DNA of 62,986 nt, filler included, from Intoshia linei (lineage: Eukaryota > Animalia > Orthonectida): NCBI GenBank assembly GCA_001642005.1. It is 6 parts of 6 records of this genome, joined end to end, with 100 filler letters (N's around TTAATTAATTAA, not from the genome) between each part and the next. Parts side by side here need not be neighbours in the genome. Positions count along the whole stretch, not along the records: positions 35,613 to 42,280 come from LWCA01001710.1; positions 42,381 to 54,779 come from LWCA01001086.1; 4 more parts are not named here. One strand, 5' to 3'. Below the pieces are notes generated by a model that saw only the letters and a program-made list of their open reading frames with translations, ran no database searches and had not been told where the DNA came from. Both the position numbers and the translations under genes were made by a program. Positions 38,830 through 53,176 of the stretch are shown piece by piece; the stretch's first letter is position 1; each line of letters begins with the position of its first letter.

Positions 38830-39911
38830 ATTTTACTGCCAGTGTTTTGTCGAGAGATTCAAAAATTAACTAAATTTCCTTTCACGATTTCTCAAATTCA
38901 TTAAATAAATCTCAGGATGATGATATTTAACACATAATAAACAAAGGCGTTAATGATATTCCTCAAACTAGTAAATACTACAAATTAAGAAAATTATTGC
39001 GAATAGAAAATGGTAATCTTTATCTTATGCAAAACAAATCTAAATTATACGTAGTCTCTAGTGCTGATAGAATACAAGTATTAAAACATTACTATAATTC
39101 CGTGTCCTATTCTCACCCTGGCATCACTAAGTGTTTTCGGGAAATAAGAAAGACATTATTTTGGCCATACATGTATAGTTACATTAAGGAATACATAAAC
39201 AAGTATGAATCATGTTATGTGGCAAAATCTCGAAATCATTCTCGTGTAGGCCCGCTGAAAACTGTTGAATCAAATTACATTAATCATATATGGCAAGTGG
39301 ATATATTGGGTCCCCTCCTGAAACTTCTAAATTGAATAAATATATCATTGTAATGGTGGACTATTTTAGCGGTTGGGTGGAAGCTAAAGCAGTGACTGAT
39401 ATTAGTGCAATTACTGTTTATGATATATTAATAGAGTGTATTATTACTCGCTTTGGTCCTCCAAAAATTATTCATACTGATGGTGGACGTCAATTCAATT
39501 GTGAATTAATTGATAAATTGGGAAAAAATTTTAATATCAATGTATTGCGCTTCAAACTATATTGCCATCATGAAAATGGTCTTGTAGAAAGATATAATAG
39601 GAGTATCCGAGTAAATTTCGCGTTTTAGATAATGAATACGATTGCGATTGGGATGAACTACTTAATTATGTATTAATGAGTCTGCGCTTATTGCCTACCT
39701 CAAAAAATGGCATTTCACCATATGAAATGGTTTTCGGTGTACCAAAGTATGATANAAAACTGTTGAATCAAATTACATTAATCATATATGGCAAGTGGAT
39801 ATATTGGGTCCCCTGTCTGAAACTTCTAAATTGAATAAATATATCATTGTAATAATGGACCATTTTAGCGGTTGGGTGGAAGCTAAAGCAATGACTGATA
39901 TTAGTGCAATT
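38830..39911 (+). mobile_element. Ty3/gypsy integrase relic
   Basis: Zn-binding H..SHPG..FWP..ESC and core WQVDILGP, VDYFSGWVEAK, DGGRQF, NGLVERYNRSIR, then WDELL..ISPYEMVFG. Frameshifted. Confidence 0.92.
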
Positions 39912-39924
39912 TATAAAAAATGAA

Positions 39925-40430
39925 AGCAGCCCTAGAATTTTAACAAAATTTTAAAAATTAAAATCATACGACGTATATAATGCATTATTAGAATCATATA
40001 TAAGAGCATTTCTAAAATCAAATCAAACCAATGCAGCATTTAAGATAATGGAAACTATAACACTTCAAGATTTAAAATTTTACAGATGATACAGTTGTAT
40101 CCTATTAACACACACAAAAAATTTCAATCTGAATAAGTGACGCCTTCATGGTCAAAAAAGCATTTTAGTTTTCATATATTTTTTTTCCGAAATATTTTAT
40201 TAAAACAAAAAATGTGAATAATTTACAGGTCCGAAAATTAAAAAAAAAAATTATTCTGATAGAACTTATTCCAGTTGATATAAATTTCCGAAAATTAAAA
40301 AAAAAAAATTTATTTTAATACAGCGTATTTCAGTTGATATAAATACAAAATTTGAACCCCAGAAATCTACGCATTCCCAGGAAAAATAATTTTTAATATA
40401 TTATCAACCAATATTTTTCAAATGTTTGGA
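39925..40430 (+). mobile_element. Helitron internal fragment
   Basis: Matches the family body (AATTTCAATCTGAATAAGTGACG..CCCAGAAATCTACGCATTCCC..ATCAACCAATATTTTTC). Confidence 0.75.
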
Positions 40431-40759
40431 ATCCAAACTTTGCATTAAAATTGTAAATATTATAAATTTTTTCTTTCGGTTTTTTTATTTTCACATACTA
40501 ATTTTCAAAAAGTTTAAAATTTTTACATTTTGTATTAAATTTTAGTCTAAAACTACAAGTACAATTTTATCAACAACAGTATTTTTAATTTTTGCGACAA
40601 GTTGCCAGGACAGCACATTTTTGCTGGCACTGGTTATCGTAAATATTTTAATCTGAGTTAACTGGAAATAATAATGAAAATTGGAAAGTTGACTAATTAG
40701 TCAACTATATAATTATATACTTTTATAATTCTACCAATTGCGAGACTCAATATTTAGAC

Positions 40760-41421
40760 CAGGGATGGGCAACTTTTTGTGATAGCGGGCCGGATTGTTA
40801 TATAAAATAGATGGGTGGGCCAGATAAATAAATTTTAAGAATTTTTGTTTTGAATATATTTATATTAAATTTTTATTATACAAAATAAAATTTACATTTT
40901 TTCTGACGAATGTGATTATATCGTTAAGTTTCATCGATTTTCCACATAATTCTTCTTGATGATTTATACAATGAAAGTTTTGTAGAGAAATTGAAATGTC
41001 TTCATTTTTTAAATGTTCTTGCATTAAATTTACAATTCCTTTTTTTGAGCCTATGATAGATGAAGCACCGTCCGTAGTAAGTAATTTTTTGAAATGTCGA
41101 TTTATGTTTGCTTTCATAATGAAGCTTGATATTATTCAATTTATTAACAGTAACATTTTCTTGGCAGATTACACAAACAAGTTTGTTGTAGTACTCCATA
41201 AAATAATATTCTAATTCCCATAATTTTTGGAAAATTTTGCATTCAGAGTTCAATTTTCTCTTTTTTACTGTTTTGCTCATATAAGACGACAAAATGTTAC
41301 TATGAAATTTTTAATCTCTTAATGTTAATTTTAATTATAATGTACAATTTAGAATTTGAAATTAAAAAATTATTTCGGGCCGGATCTAAACACCTCGCGG
41401 GCCGTATGTTGCCCATCCCTC
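40760..41421 (-). mobile_element. Internally deleted SPIN/Buster (GTF2IRD2-like) hAT element, 662 bp
   Basis: TIR CAGGGATGGGCAAC / GTTGCCCATCCCTC with a perfect TSD ATTTAGAC (central TA). KKRKLNSECKIFQKLW..VCVICQE..HYESKH is fused to TTDGASS..FHCINHQEELC. Confidence 0.93.
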
Positions 41422-44317
41422 ATTTAGACCATTTAGTGAATTGAAAATGAATATTATAACTACAAAACAAAATTGTATTTATAAAAACAAATTAAAACAG
41501 AAATGAAACAAAATTAAACCAAATCGAAACAATAAAATGCAAAAATAGAAAAGAATTAAGAAAACTTTTATTATGTAAATGTTTACGTCAATGTCACAAT
41601 TAGACAAGGATTATAAAGAGTGAAATTAATTGGTGTCACTTTTAAGTCTAAAAATAAACATTTCAATGAAAAAATTTGATATTTTATACATTATTATATT
41701 TAGACATGATGTACATCACATATTAAAAGATGTCATAAATGAATCTAAGCGACACGTATAAAGAATTCCACATTACGAGTAAATAAGACTAATAAACAAA
41801 ACATTTTTAATATTTATATTAATTCAACTTTAGAGATTTAACAAGGATTAGAATTAATCATCAGACCATTAAGTTAAATTTTACTATACAAAAGACTTCT
41901 CATTAATAAAAAGAAACACATTCCAAGTGTGACTGAATGAGAACACTATTCATTACAAATATAATGGTATTAATATATCATTATTAAAAGTGAAAGAATT
42001 TTCAAAATAGTCATAATTTATAAATTCAAAATCTACAATTTACATTTTTGTTATTTTGATTTCTCAGTTGGACAAAGTTTTTAATTAATTTCTAAATATT
42101 TTTATTTTATAGTGTTAAAAATTTAATATCTTTGGTTATCTAGCTATATAGTCAAATATAAAGCTAGAAAATGGAAGATATTACGTTTTTCATTATTTGA
42201 GTCTTTTACCTTATTAATTACTAGTTAAAAAATATATGAATACTAAAATGCTTTTTTGACCGTGAAGTCGTCACTTATTCNNNNNNNNNNNNNNNNNNNN
42301 NNNNNNNNNNNNNNNNNNNNNNNNTTAATTAATTAANNNNNNNNNNNNNNNNNNNNNNNNNNNNNNNNNNNNNNNNNNNNGGGGTAAAAATTTTTATTTC
42401 TTTAAAAGTGAAAAAATTGATGAATCTTATGTATGACAAGAATATTGGGAAAACAAGTCAGATTTCAAATTTAAGATGCATTTATTATAAGATAAACTAC
42501 TTCTCAAGGCAATATATCGTTTTTTGAACTGTCAATTAAAATTTTCACTTTTTTGCAAAATTTTTCTGAGAGGCCGCAGATGCCCAATCCTGCCCTAGAC
42601 AGAATACGTTTTAAAGTATTTTTAAAATATAAGTTGTAAAGCTTAACATGCATAACATGTAACATCATTGTTAATTCGAGTTAGTATTATTAACAATTAT
42701 TATTGTAAACGGGAATGCATTCTATTCGAATGTAATTGTCATTTTTATTTCAAAATATTTTAATAATTAAGTTATACTAATAGTTAATAAGACATTTAAA
42801 TGTTTATCAGTTGAGTTCGACCTGTGTGAGGACTTATTGAATTTCCAAATTATTTTTTTGAAAAAAAGTTCGCGGTGGATAAACTTCAATCGGGACCGTG
42901 TTTGTCCCACTGTTCGTAGTTTGGTGGCGACTGTCATAAACAATTGAACATATACAAATCTCTAATAATATTGTAACACAATTTTCAAATGCTGCTTTTT
43001 AAAAATAATTGTTAACATCAGAGTACCGATGTTGTCAGCAAATGCACCACTCTTAATTATCACTATTATAATAGTCTAAGTCCTTATTAACGGAATTTAT
43101 TTTTTGTTAACGAATTTGTATGAACCAAAAATTCGGTTAATAAAAATTTTATCTCTAATAATTAGGGCAATTTTTTATTGCACTATAAAAAAATGACCTA
43201 AAAATTAAATTTACTGACTTTATCTGAACTTAAAATATTTGTATGTTTTAATGGTTAATATCAACTGATCGTACCGTACCAGAAACCTTCCTTTCATAGG
43301 CCTTAAATTAAAGCAATACAATATTTAATAGACTTTATTCGCATATGCCCCGAGCAATATGGTGTTGGTGAATTTACATAATAAATTAATATTAATAACC
43401 ATATAACTGCAAATGAAACAAACGATGTAAATCTCATTGTGCGATGTTAGAGATATTGGAAAATATTAATGTTTATTGTAGTATAACATACTATATCTCT
43501 TGACATTATTAACACTATTTGTGGTAAATGGCGCTTTTCTTAATAAATTGTATATATAAGGTGGTATTTGTTTATTTTTATTGTTTAAATATAGTTCATT
43601 ATTATTAATAGTACACATTATTTTGTGATTCAATGGTAACTCAATTTAACCTTTAAAAAAATAATTGACTTTATCAATTGTTAATTAATTAACATAATAT
43701 TGGTATAATGGTGTTTGTAATTTCGTGCTGATTATCATAAAACATAGCATTTTGCCATAAAAAACTGCCCTACTAATACATTATCTATAGTTATTATGGT
43801 ATCTATTTTTAATGAATATCTTAAATACCAACTAATTTGCCCATTTCATTTGTTTTACCAATTATCAGTCAATTTATTACGTTTTTTATCAAATTTTTAA
43901 TAGATATTAAATTATATAACGTTAATTAGAAATAATTACTATCATCGCGGAAATATCATTTTTAACTTTATTTTATTTCTGTAAATAATCCTTACTTATA
44001 TAAAGTATTTAAATATAAAATAATTGATGGACCCATAAAACTTCTGTGACAACCTAGGGGTCCACATGGACACTGTCGACAATGTTTGGTGTATATTACT
44101 TGGTTGTGTATTATTGAAAAACTGATAATAACAAGAAATATGACCATTTAATGGTTTTTATTTAAAAAAATTAAATTACGTTAACAAGTGTGTTACTGTG
44201 GGGGAAATTCCATATTAAAGGAATTTCCAAATTTTTAATTCCGTTAATAAGGACTTATACTGTAGTGAATTTAACAATTTAATTCAATTTACATAAACAT
44301 ATACATATGTACTTGCT

Positions 44318-47300
44318 TTAAATTCTTTTGGCGAATACATTATCATATTTTTCATAACAACAGCAAGAAGTATCCTTCAATACAACTTTAACATCATTTT
44401 CAGTCACACCCATATCCCTAAATAGATTATATTAATAACTGAATAACATTCCATAATAGTAGTGGTTATGGCGAAGTTTCTTAATTAGAGGTATTAGAAA
44501 AACTATTTTGAAATCTTTTTGACATAATATACATACACATAATAAACTTATAATATAAAAATTTTCCTTTTTAACATCTCTGACAGGGCAGAGTGGAGAT
44601 CAAGCAGTAGACCGAGTCGGATGGAAATTGTAGACTCTATATAAAAAATGACCGCCTAGAGTTTTTTTAATGATTAAACTTTAATCGATCGTTTATCGTG
44701 TAAAAAATAAAAATATCAGTTGAAAATTGCATTGGTCATCATAAAAATGAAATTTTCCAATGTGACCTGTTTATAAGTTAAAATAGTATAGCCCTCATGA
44801 CTGTAGACCCGAGCCATATAGTCTCTGGTCCCTCTCCACTCAGTTATGAGTGTTCCTTTATATCTAACAAAACTTATATATGATAAACTTGTTTCCAATA
44901 AACAACGACTAAAATCTATAATTTTTTATTTTTTACAGGGGCGCAGAAAATAATTGATCTGGCTAACGGAGGTATTAAATTTAAGAAACCTTGGGTTATG
45001 GGTTAATTCCACATTATTGATTATCATATAAATAATATTCTTATCATTAGGGTAAGTTTATTTAGAAATTATAAATAACCAATCTCTTGATTTACTGTAA
45101 AATTAAGATACAATTTTCTCCATATTAATAAATTTTTAATAATAACTGATAATTACATTATTATCAGATTATTATAATAAACAAATTCTGTAATGTTTTA
45201 TTATGCAGTAGTGTAGCCACTTTGCATAACATTTTTACCCTACAATATTTTCATACTATAATTTGTGTAATGTAGTATGATGGATGAAGTACAAATTGTA
45301 ACATAGTATTACTAACTACCTTCTAACCATATTAAACGAGTCTTTTCTGTCGTAAATAATGATAAATAATGAAATATAATTGAAATTTCATTATGAAAAA
45401 ATTACCAGAAAAAAGCGAAAAGTTCATGAAATGGCCAAATGTCCGATTGATCAAAAATAGATTCTATTCTACATATGATACATTATTATTATATTATATA
45501 TACATAATCATTAACATTGCAGTAAATCTCAGATTTTTAATAAATAAAATTTACAGATAATGCAGTTTTATTCAGTTAACACACAAAAAATTTAAAATAA
45601 ATGAAAATAAAATTATGGTTCTATAATTTAAAAAAAGATTATCCTGATACAGCTTATTCCAGTTGATATATACAAAATTTTAACCACAAAAATTTACGCA
45701 TTCCCTGTTACAAATAAGTTTTAATATATCATCAACCAATTTTTCAAATTTTAGGATTAAAATTAAAAATATTCATCCTACAATTACGACAAAAATGATA
45801 ATTGACTGTATACATACATACATGTATTTTAAATACAAAAATATGGGTTTCAATTTCATAAATTAATTCCTTATGTTTTTAAAAATTATTATTTAATTTG
45901 TCATTTTCAAGTTTAAATTGATTTCAATGTTGACACATTCACCCAAAATATTTTTTTTAATGTTCTGAATCCGTTATTTATTAATACAAAATATTTTTTT
46001 ACTTATCGAAAGCAGTTACTGAATATATTCCATCACATTATTACTACAAGTTTTTTCAATTTTATTTTATATGAAATTCATGTTATTTATGATGATTTTT
46101 AGGATTGTACTGTTTTTTTAAGAATATAAACTCACATCTAATTAATTAAAAAAATCGCATCACCAAATTGTTTTTATACAAATGTTAACAAAATATATCA
46201 ATTTAATTTGATGTGAATTGACCATGGTGAAATAAGTTTGGGAATCACTCCTTCATCATAAATGTATCATAGAAGTAAAAAGTATGCACTACAAGTATTT
46301 AAAAATTTTTCTGCGATTCATGTTTTATGACTATTTTTTATGGTTGTAACCATAATTTGATTGTTTTTAAGATCATACATTCAGCCCTCGGTACTGTTTG
46401 TATGAAGTATATAATTGCCTAGCTAGTTCAATATAAAAATTAATTAATTATAATACTTTTTAATTTAGAATTTAAAAGTACATTAATTCTCGAGATATGT
46501 GTAATAATTATTACATTATAATGTAGTACCTTTTATTTAATTCACAAGGTAAATCATCAATGTCTAAGTATTGCAAGAAAAAATTTTCTTTCAATCTTGA
46601 ATATTTTCGAAATCCACATTTACCCTAAATTAAACTAAGAATAGTTCCATGTTCAAAATATTATATTATATTAGTAAAATATTAGTCTTCAATGTGTAAA
46701 TACAATGTAGTATTCAATTATTCAACATCCTTATTATAACTAAAAATTAGATTGTGCACATGACTGACATTCAATTGTATATAAGTAAAGGTTTTAATAA
46801 TATCGAAAGGCTTGTATTTATAGCGTCAGTATTTTAAATAGTTTGTCAGTAAAAATATAAATTGTCAGTAGTTTAGGTTTTTTAGGTTAGCATTTTTTTT
46901 ACTGACAATTTAATATTATTACTGTTAAAAGATTATTTTACTGACAAAATATTATTTTACTGACAAAATATTATTTTATAAAATGTGTTCATTTTTATAT
47001 ACTTTCTTATAAAACTGACAAATATGTAATTGAATACTGACAAAGTACATTTTATTACTGACAATTTTTTATTAAATTACTGACAGTTTCGGTAATTATA
47101 TACTGACAAATAAAATAGTTCTCATATCGAAATTATATAAAACAAATGATAAAAATATTTACAAACATCAATACAATACATTTACCAAAATATGCTTTTC
47201 AAATGAAATTTCAGTATTATTTGGAAGCATTCTTTTGGTCAGATCTACAAATTCTTTGAATTCTATCTATAATAAATATATACATATAAATAAAGTATAA

Positions 47301-50300
47301 TTTACATGTAACTGCACTATACTTTTAGTCCCAATTTCCCAATAATCTTACATAAATTACAAAAGTAATACCAAATAAATAAAAAAATTTTGAAGAGGGA
47401 TTTATGGAAATTTTCTTGTATATTTTAAAGAGGCTTTTTAATAAATAAATAATATATTGAAATAATGATTTCAATGTACATTGCAAGGTGTGTATAATAA
47501 ACACCTGTAGTTGTAAAATGGAGCTTGGCATCACCAGGAGACCTGATATATAATCAAAATTATTCAATGAAATTAGAATCGCTAAGAATAACTGCTTTAG
47601 TTTTGGTATAATATTTAGTATTTATTAATATAATTATATATATTATAAATATATAATTAATATATTCTGAAAATTCGGTTAAGTGTTAATTTTGGATTAT
47701 AGTCATTTTAATTTTATTTGTTTAAATGACAAATGTTACAAAAATGAACAATATGTTTCAATGGTATTATTTTAATATTAATTATCCATAAGAGTAATTC
47801 ACAGCAGTTATCAGAGATTAATATGGAGAAAGAAAAAGAGACACATTAGCACAAAAAAACTTCATACTATTTGTATAATATTTTTTGGGAACCACTGTTA
47901 TACACTGTATAATCCAGCAAACATAATTTATTGTTAAAAATACAAATACTTATTGTATAAATATAAATTGTACTTACAAATTGAGAATTTTTCAATATCA
48001 ATTTTGAGAAAAGAGAAATAATTACATCTGGCACCAAAACAACGTTATCATCGTTAAAATTAAGTGAAACAAGATTGATACATTGAATAATAGTTTGTCT
48101 AAAAATAATCATTACTAATACATTAATTATTATAAACTCTACATCATGGTTTATGAATAGGGGAATGTCACGACTATTTATCATATTATAATGTATATTA
48201 CGATGTTTAAACGTCGTTCATTATCTACATATGTCATTTTGATATATTAAAAGTGAAAAATGAATAGTCCTCAATATATGAAACATTATTAATTAACAAA
48301 TTAATCATTGTTGTATAGCATTATGATTACTGTGTATTTCGATAATTTTTCTCCAATTTTGGTAATAGATTAATCAAATATCACTCCAGATTCAATACTA
48401 ACAAATTGGTACACTAATGGGTACTATCCATTAGTGTTGCCAATTTATCGAAAATATTATTGACGCTAATTATATTATAATTAGGTTGACTGTTATATAT
48501 TACGTACAAACAGCACCTAGCTCTGACGAGGGCACATTTTTATTCTATCAAAAAAATAAATTCACGTTGAAAATCCAACTATTCACTATTATCAATCCTT
48601 TCAAAGAGTAGTTACGAAACTTGTTTCAGGTAGTATGCAATATGCAGTGCATATGAAGTATAGAATGTGAACTTCAAATGGACGCTAATTACTTAACTTA
48701 ACTTTTTACAAACATGAATTTTCTTATATATTTTTTCAGGTCACTGGAAATTGTGTCATCATAAAAAATAAATTTAAACAAAAAATATCTAAGTGCGAAA
48801 GTGTTAAAAATTATTTTTCACCGGAATGCGTAGATTTCTGTAGTTGAAATTTTGTATTTATATTAACTGGAATAAACTCTATCAGAATAATCATAAATCA
48901 ATCAGTGTATTAGTGCTAGCAATAAATCGAATTGAACCGAATATTTTGAATATTCAATTCAATTTGAAAATTTATATTTTGAACTGAACTGAACTTAATC
49001 AGGCAAAAACAAGGTAACATTACTAAAAATGTTGAGCTTAATATCATAACAAAGATGAATGTATGGATTGGTGAAATCATATGAATTTTTACTACAGAAT
49101 AATTAAAAAAAATAAGTTACTGTAAAATATAATTTCCACTAATTTTGAATTACTTAAATGGGAGTTTTATACAATTAATAATTTATAAAAAAATTGCAAC
49201 ATTATAAATTTGTATTACAAACATCTTGATATTTTCAGCATAGATCATACTTGTACCACTCTTTCAGAAATATTGTCATTTTTACTGATTGGGAATTTAA
49301 AGATTGTCTTCTGCATGTAAGAATATCAGGTGCAGTTAAGAAAAATTTATCAACACTTATGGATGTAATTGGCACAGCTAAAAATTTTCTTCCTATATTT
49401 GATAAAATTGGATATTTATTTGTGTTATTCTGCCACCACTTTAAAATCGATTCATTTTCCAAATATTCTGTATTTTCTAAAAGGTACAAGTTTAATTCAT
49501 TATTAGAACGAATTCCTTCACATTCTTTTTCTTTAATTTGTGCATAAAATCTAGCAAATCGACTCTTTTTTGACTCTGGTGATGGTTGCACATCAACAAG
49601 TTCTCTAATTCTTGCCTCAGAACTCATAAAAAATTTTTCTTTAGCAAATTCTGATTCCATCATATTTCGGTAGTGAAGATTTGTTATAAAATTAACATTG
49701 ATTTCAAAAAATTGCATTTTCAAGGATGGGTTCAAAATTGTCGCAATTACATAAATAAGACCATCAGTAGATGAATAGTATTTACTTATTTTTTTATGAG
49801 AGTTTTGGAATAGCTTCATCCAGCCAACTAATTTTTTTTTCTTTGAAGTTTTTAATATGCTCAAACAAATCCATGTAAACCAACGAATCATTGCTTATTA
49901 GAATGAATTCCTTTGAACTTAAAAATAAAATAGTTGATTTGAAGGGATCGAAATAAGAAAATAAAATTTCCACTCTCTCCCATTCTCCTACAAAAAGCAA
50001 ATACTTTTTCAATTCATTATCACTTCTCAACATTATTCAGTGGTTTTTTCAAAAACATTGCACGGTTTATTATGTCAAAGGTAGAGTTTCACCGAATATT
50101 AATGTCTGATTAACTCGAGGCATTTGATATCATTAAATTCACAATGTTTTTTAAAATTTTCCCTTTTTTGGGGTGATGCTCTAATATTTTTGATCGATTT
50201 TCTTAATTTCTCCAGAATATTCATTTCTTCGTAACTTTCAATACCATCTGAATCAGACCCAGAATTGTTTCTTGAATCAACAATTTTTTCATCCAAGACT

Positions 50301-53019
50301 TCTTGCATTTCTGCAACTCAAATTAATTATATGAAATAAACACCCAATGCGTTGGTTTTTTTTATAGAAATTTAAATGTAATTTTGTAACAGTATATGCT
50401 AGACCAGTGGTTCTTAACCTTTTTTGGACAATCACCCATTTTTCAACAAAAATAAAATTATCGCCCCATAAAGACAATCAATATTTTTTTAATTTACAAA
50501 GTTCATAAATGTGCAGTGCGTGTTATGCAGCATTTTTTTAACAGTAGAGTTGATACAGAATAAAATAAAAAAAGCGATTAATAATTGTTTTTTTGATATC
50601 TTAAGAAATATGCAAATGAAATTTGAGATTATTTTTTTAATTTGATGGATCATGAAAATAATATAAACAAAAAATACAATAAAANAGATTATTTTTTTAA
50701 TTTGATGGATCATGAAAATAATATAAACAAAAAATACAATAAAAACTAGGTATGTAAAAAAAAAAAATATATATTATAATGAATAAATGTAACAAATTTG
50801 AAATAAGAAATATTAAATGGAATCATGGCATTATAAATGTTTAAGCTTTACCGAGTAAATATAAAATTTATTATTAATAGCTACCCTGATATTGATGACT
50901 ATTTGATAATTTTTCAATATTATAAGCAATATTTGTTAAGCATAATCTTAAGTCACCCCGTTTTAATAAATGTAGTTTGTTCCTCTTTTTGATTAAAGAT
51001 CAGTTACTACGCTAAAACCTTTCTTAACAAAGTAAGTAGATTGAAAGGCCAATAGTAACAATTTCACTTCGTTCATAAGACTTGGATATGCATTCTTTTT
51101 TTAAAAAAATAAGGTAAAGTAACCCTATTGTTTAGAAATGAATTGTGCCTCAATGTCATTTTGTAAGTCAATCCATTCTTCTACTAAATTTGATGGAATT
51201 GAATTAACATCAACATTGAATGGATTTATTGCATACTCTGGTATTTCTAATTCAATAATGTCTTTGAATCTTATGACCATATCCTTCTTTAACGATGCCA
51301 GATGTGAACAGTAGCAAATCATATCATCTTCAGAAATAAAATAATTGTCTTTGAATGTATTTAAATTAACAAAATTAGTCACGTCATGTCTCTGAAATGC
51401 AATCCGGTAAAATTCAAGTTTATTAATGAATGATAACACTACTCCCTTGGCCTTTATAAAACATATACTTCTTTGTAATTGTAAATTATCATCATTTAAT
51501 TTTCCAAAAATATCAGCAAGATAAGCCACATCGCATTTAAAATTAGCAAGTTTATCATATAGTTCATCATTAATTTTCATAAAAAATTCAGTAACAGAGT
51601 CGTATATATTATAAAAACGCTTTAAACAATTTCCTTTTCAGAGCCATCTAACTTCAATATGCATTAACCATTTTTAAAATTCATCATCATATTCAAAGAA
51701 TAAATTTGAGAATTATATTGAGAATCTAGCAATTCTATCATTCAATGGGTTCATATTTGCAACATTATCTAAAGTTATGGTGAATAATTTGTTTTTTATC
51801 TCTAAATCTAACAAATCTAAAAAATGTTTAGCTAAATTTTTCCAGAATGTTCTCCTTCCACTTCTATCAGGTCCAATACATACGATTTCAGTTTCAAGCA
51901 CTTATAAAATAATATTAATAATAACTAAAAATTTAAATTAAATTTTGAAGTGAACTAAACTGAATACTCCATAAATACCTTAAATAAAATTAAAACTAAA
52001 TATATATTCAATTTTATTCAAAAATATTCATTAAAATATTCAATTCAAAATGTATTCCATTCGGTTTAAATGAATTAAACTGAATATATTTGATTCATTA
52101 CCAACACTACAGTAAATTATAATTACAGTTATTTTATTTTAATTAAAATAAATCTATATATTTATCGAAACATTTGTATCGATTGCCAACACTAGTACCA
52201 ATATCATAAAAACCTATCAGCAATATCAATCAAAATTTTAATTGCATAGTTTATATCGAGTTTGTAGCTCCAAAAAATATTTTTCTCTTTGTACCAAAGA
52301 ATCAAATCTCCGATCACAAAAGTAATAGTATCAAAGTCCATTAAAAAAAAATCATCTAAAATTCGATTATATATGTATGATAATTAAAAACCAGAAATGT
52401 TAAATATAAAACCATCATTTAGGTTTAAAGACTTAAATAATTTCATAGAACACCCCAAATAGTTAAGTAATTCTTTATTCTAAAATACAATAACAAATTT
52501 ATCCATAAAAAATCAAACCTGGCAACCAACACTATTACAATTCTTAAAAACATATTTATTTTTCATAATTTTTTTAGCAACGGCCAAATTCGGCACTTGA
52601 TTTTTCAATTGGATATAATTATTTTTTAAATAATGAACTATAGATATATCCTATCAAATATAAACGTATATGTTAAAGTAAACCTTAGTGGAATGTTCCA
52701 CGTTAATACGATCAAATATATCATCAGAAATAATCAATGTATTTGAAGTGTTTGAAATAATACACTTGTAACTATTGTTTTCAGAGCAAATATAAAGAGA
52801 TTTATTTAAGCAAGCATCACCAACAGATCCCCGAAAAATTAAATCCTTTAAATAAAATGTGTTAGCTTCTTTTGTAAAAAAATCATATATGCAATCAATT
52901 TCCATTAAAATACAATCATCGCCGAATTTTAAACAATCCAAAGATATTAAACTATCTTTTTCACTAATATATATACCGATAGATTCCAATCTATTTTTCA
53001 AATTATTCATTCGATGCAT
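44318..53019 (-). CDS. DSCC1: Sister chromatid cohesion protein DCC1 (Ctf18-RFC subunit)
   Basis: Phase-consistent exons 53019-52684, 52650-52519, 52479-52392, 52355-52214, 48098-47978, 47266-47186, 46624-46530; tentative 45239-45183 and 44417-44318. Motifs ILMEID, LIFRG, ICSENNSY..NTSNTLII, YIQLKNQVPNL, KEFVDLTKRMLP and YLDIDDLPCELNKR align with Dcc1. Confidence 0.8.
44589..44843. mobile_element. hAT MITE, sister of 20137-20386
   Basis: GTGGAGA..GCAGTAG..GATGGAAATTGTAG ... CCCTCTCCAC. No TSD seen. Confidence 0.7.
45530..46250 (+). mobile_element. Diverged Helitron internal fragment
   Basis: Collinear with 23860-24610. Confidence 0.65.
46823..47123. repeat. GTCAGTA/TACTGAC foldback element (copy 2, in a DCC1 intron)
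   Basis: Inverted motif arrays; the right end matches the reverse complement of 4331-4450. Confidence 0.65.
48483..48895 (-). mobile_element. Helitron 3' fragment
   Basis: ..GCTGTTTGTACGTAATATATAACAGTCAACCTAA|T plus body sequence. Confidence 0.75.
48911..52109 (-). mobile_element. Ac-like hAT transposon (decayed) with TIRs
   Basis: Imperfect TIRs TAGTGCTAGCAATAAATCGAAT / TAGTGTTGGTAATGAATCAAAT, flanks CAGTGTAT / CAGTAAAT. Transposase pieces ITLDNVANM, CLFHIINL, ATILNP and ILKWWQNNTNKYPILS..FLAVP. Confidence 0.88.
50405..51712 (-). mobile_element. Buster/Charlie hAT 3' half nested in the Ac-like element
   Basis: TIR CAGTGGTTCTTAACCT. VRWL..CLKRF, VAYLADIFGKLN, AINPF and KRNKL..GDLRL motifs. 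Confidence 0.88.
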
Positions 53020-53176
53020 CTTTTCAATCTCAATAAAGTATACCTATTGTAACAATAGTTACTAAAAATTTGTTAAGCTTTAATGATTGAATTAATTAGT
53101 GCGACCAGAAGTACGAATTTTTGCACTGTTCCAAAATCGTACTTTCAACGCACTTTTCAAAACTAATAAGACTAAT

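Noticed and set aside
39756-39911. Repeat of integrase segment 39257-39412
   Set aside because: Begins at a single N; likely an assembly overlap or allelic copy.
50626-50745. 60-bp tandem duplication and ORF 50489..50713
   Set aside because: Joined by an N; the ORF is low-complexity transposon UTR.
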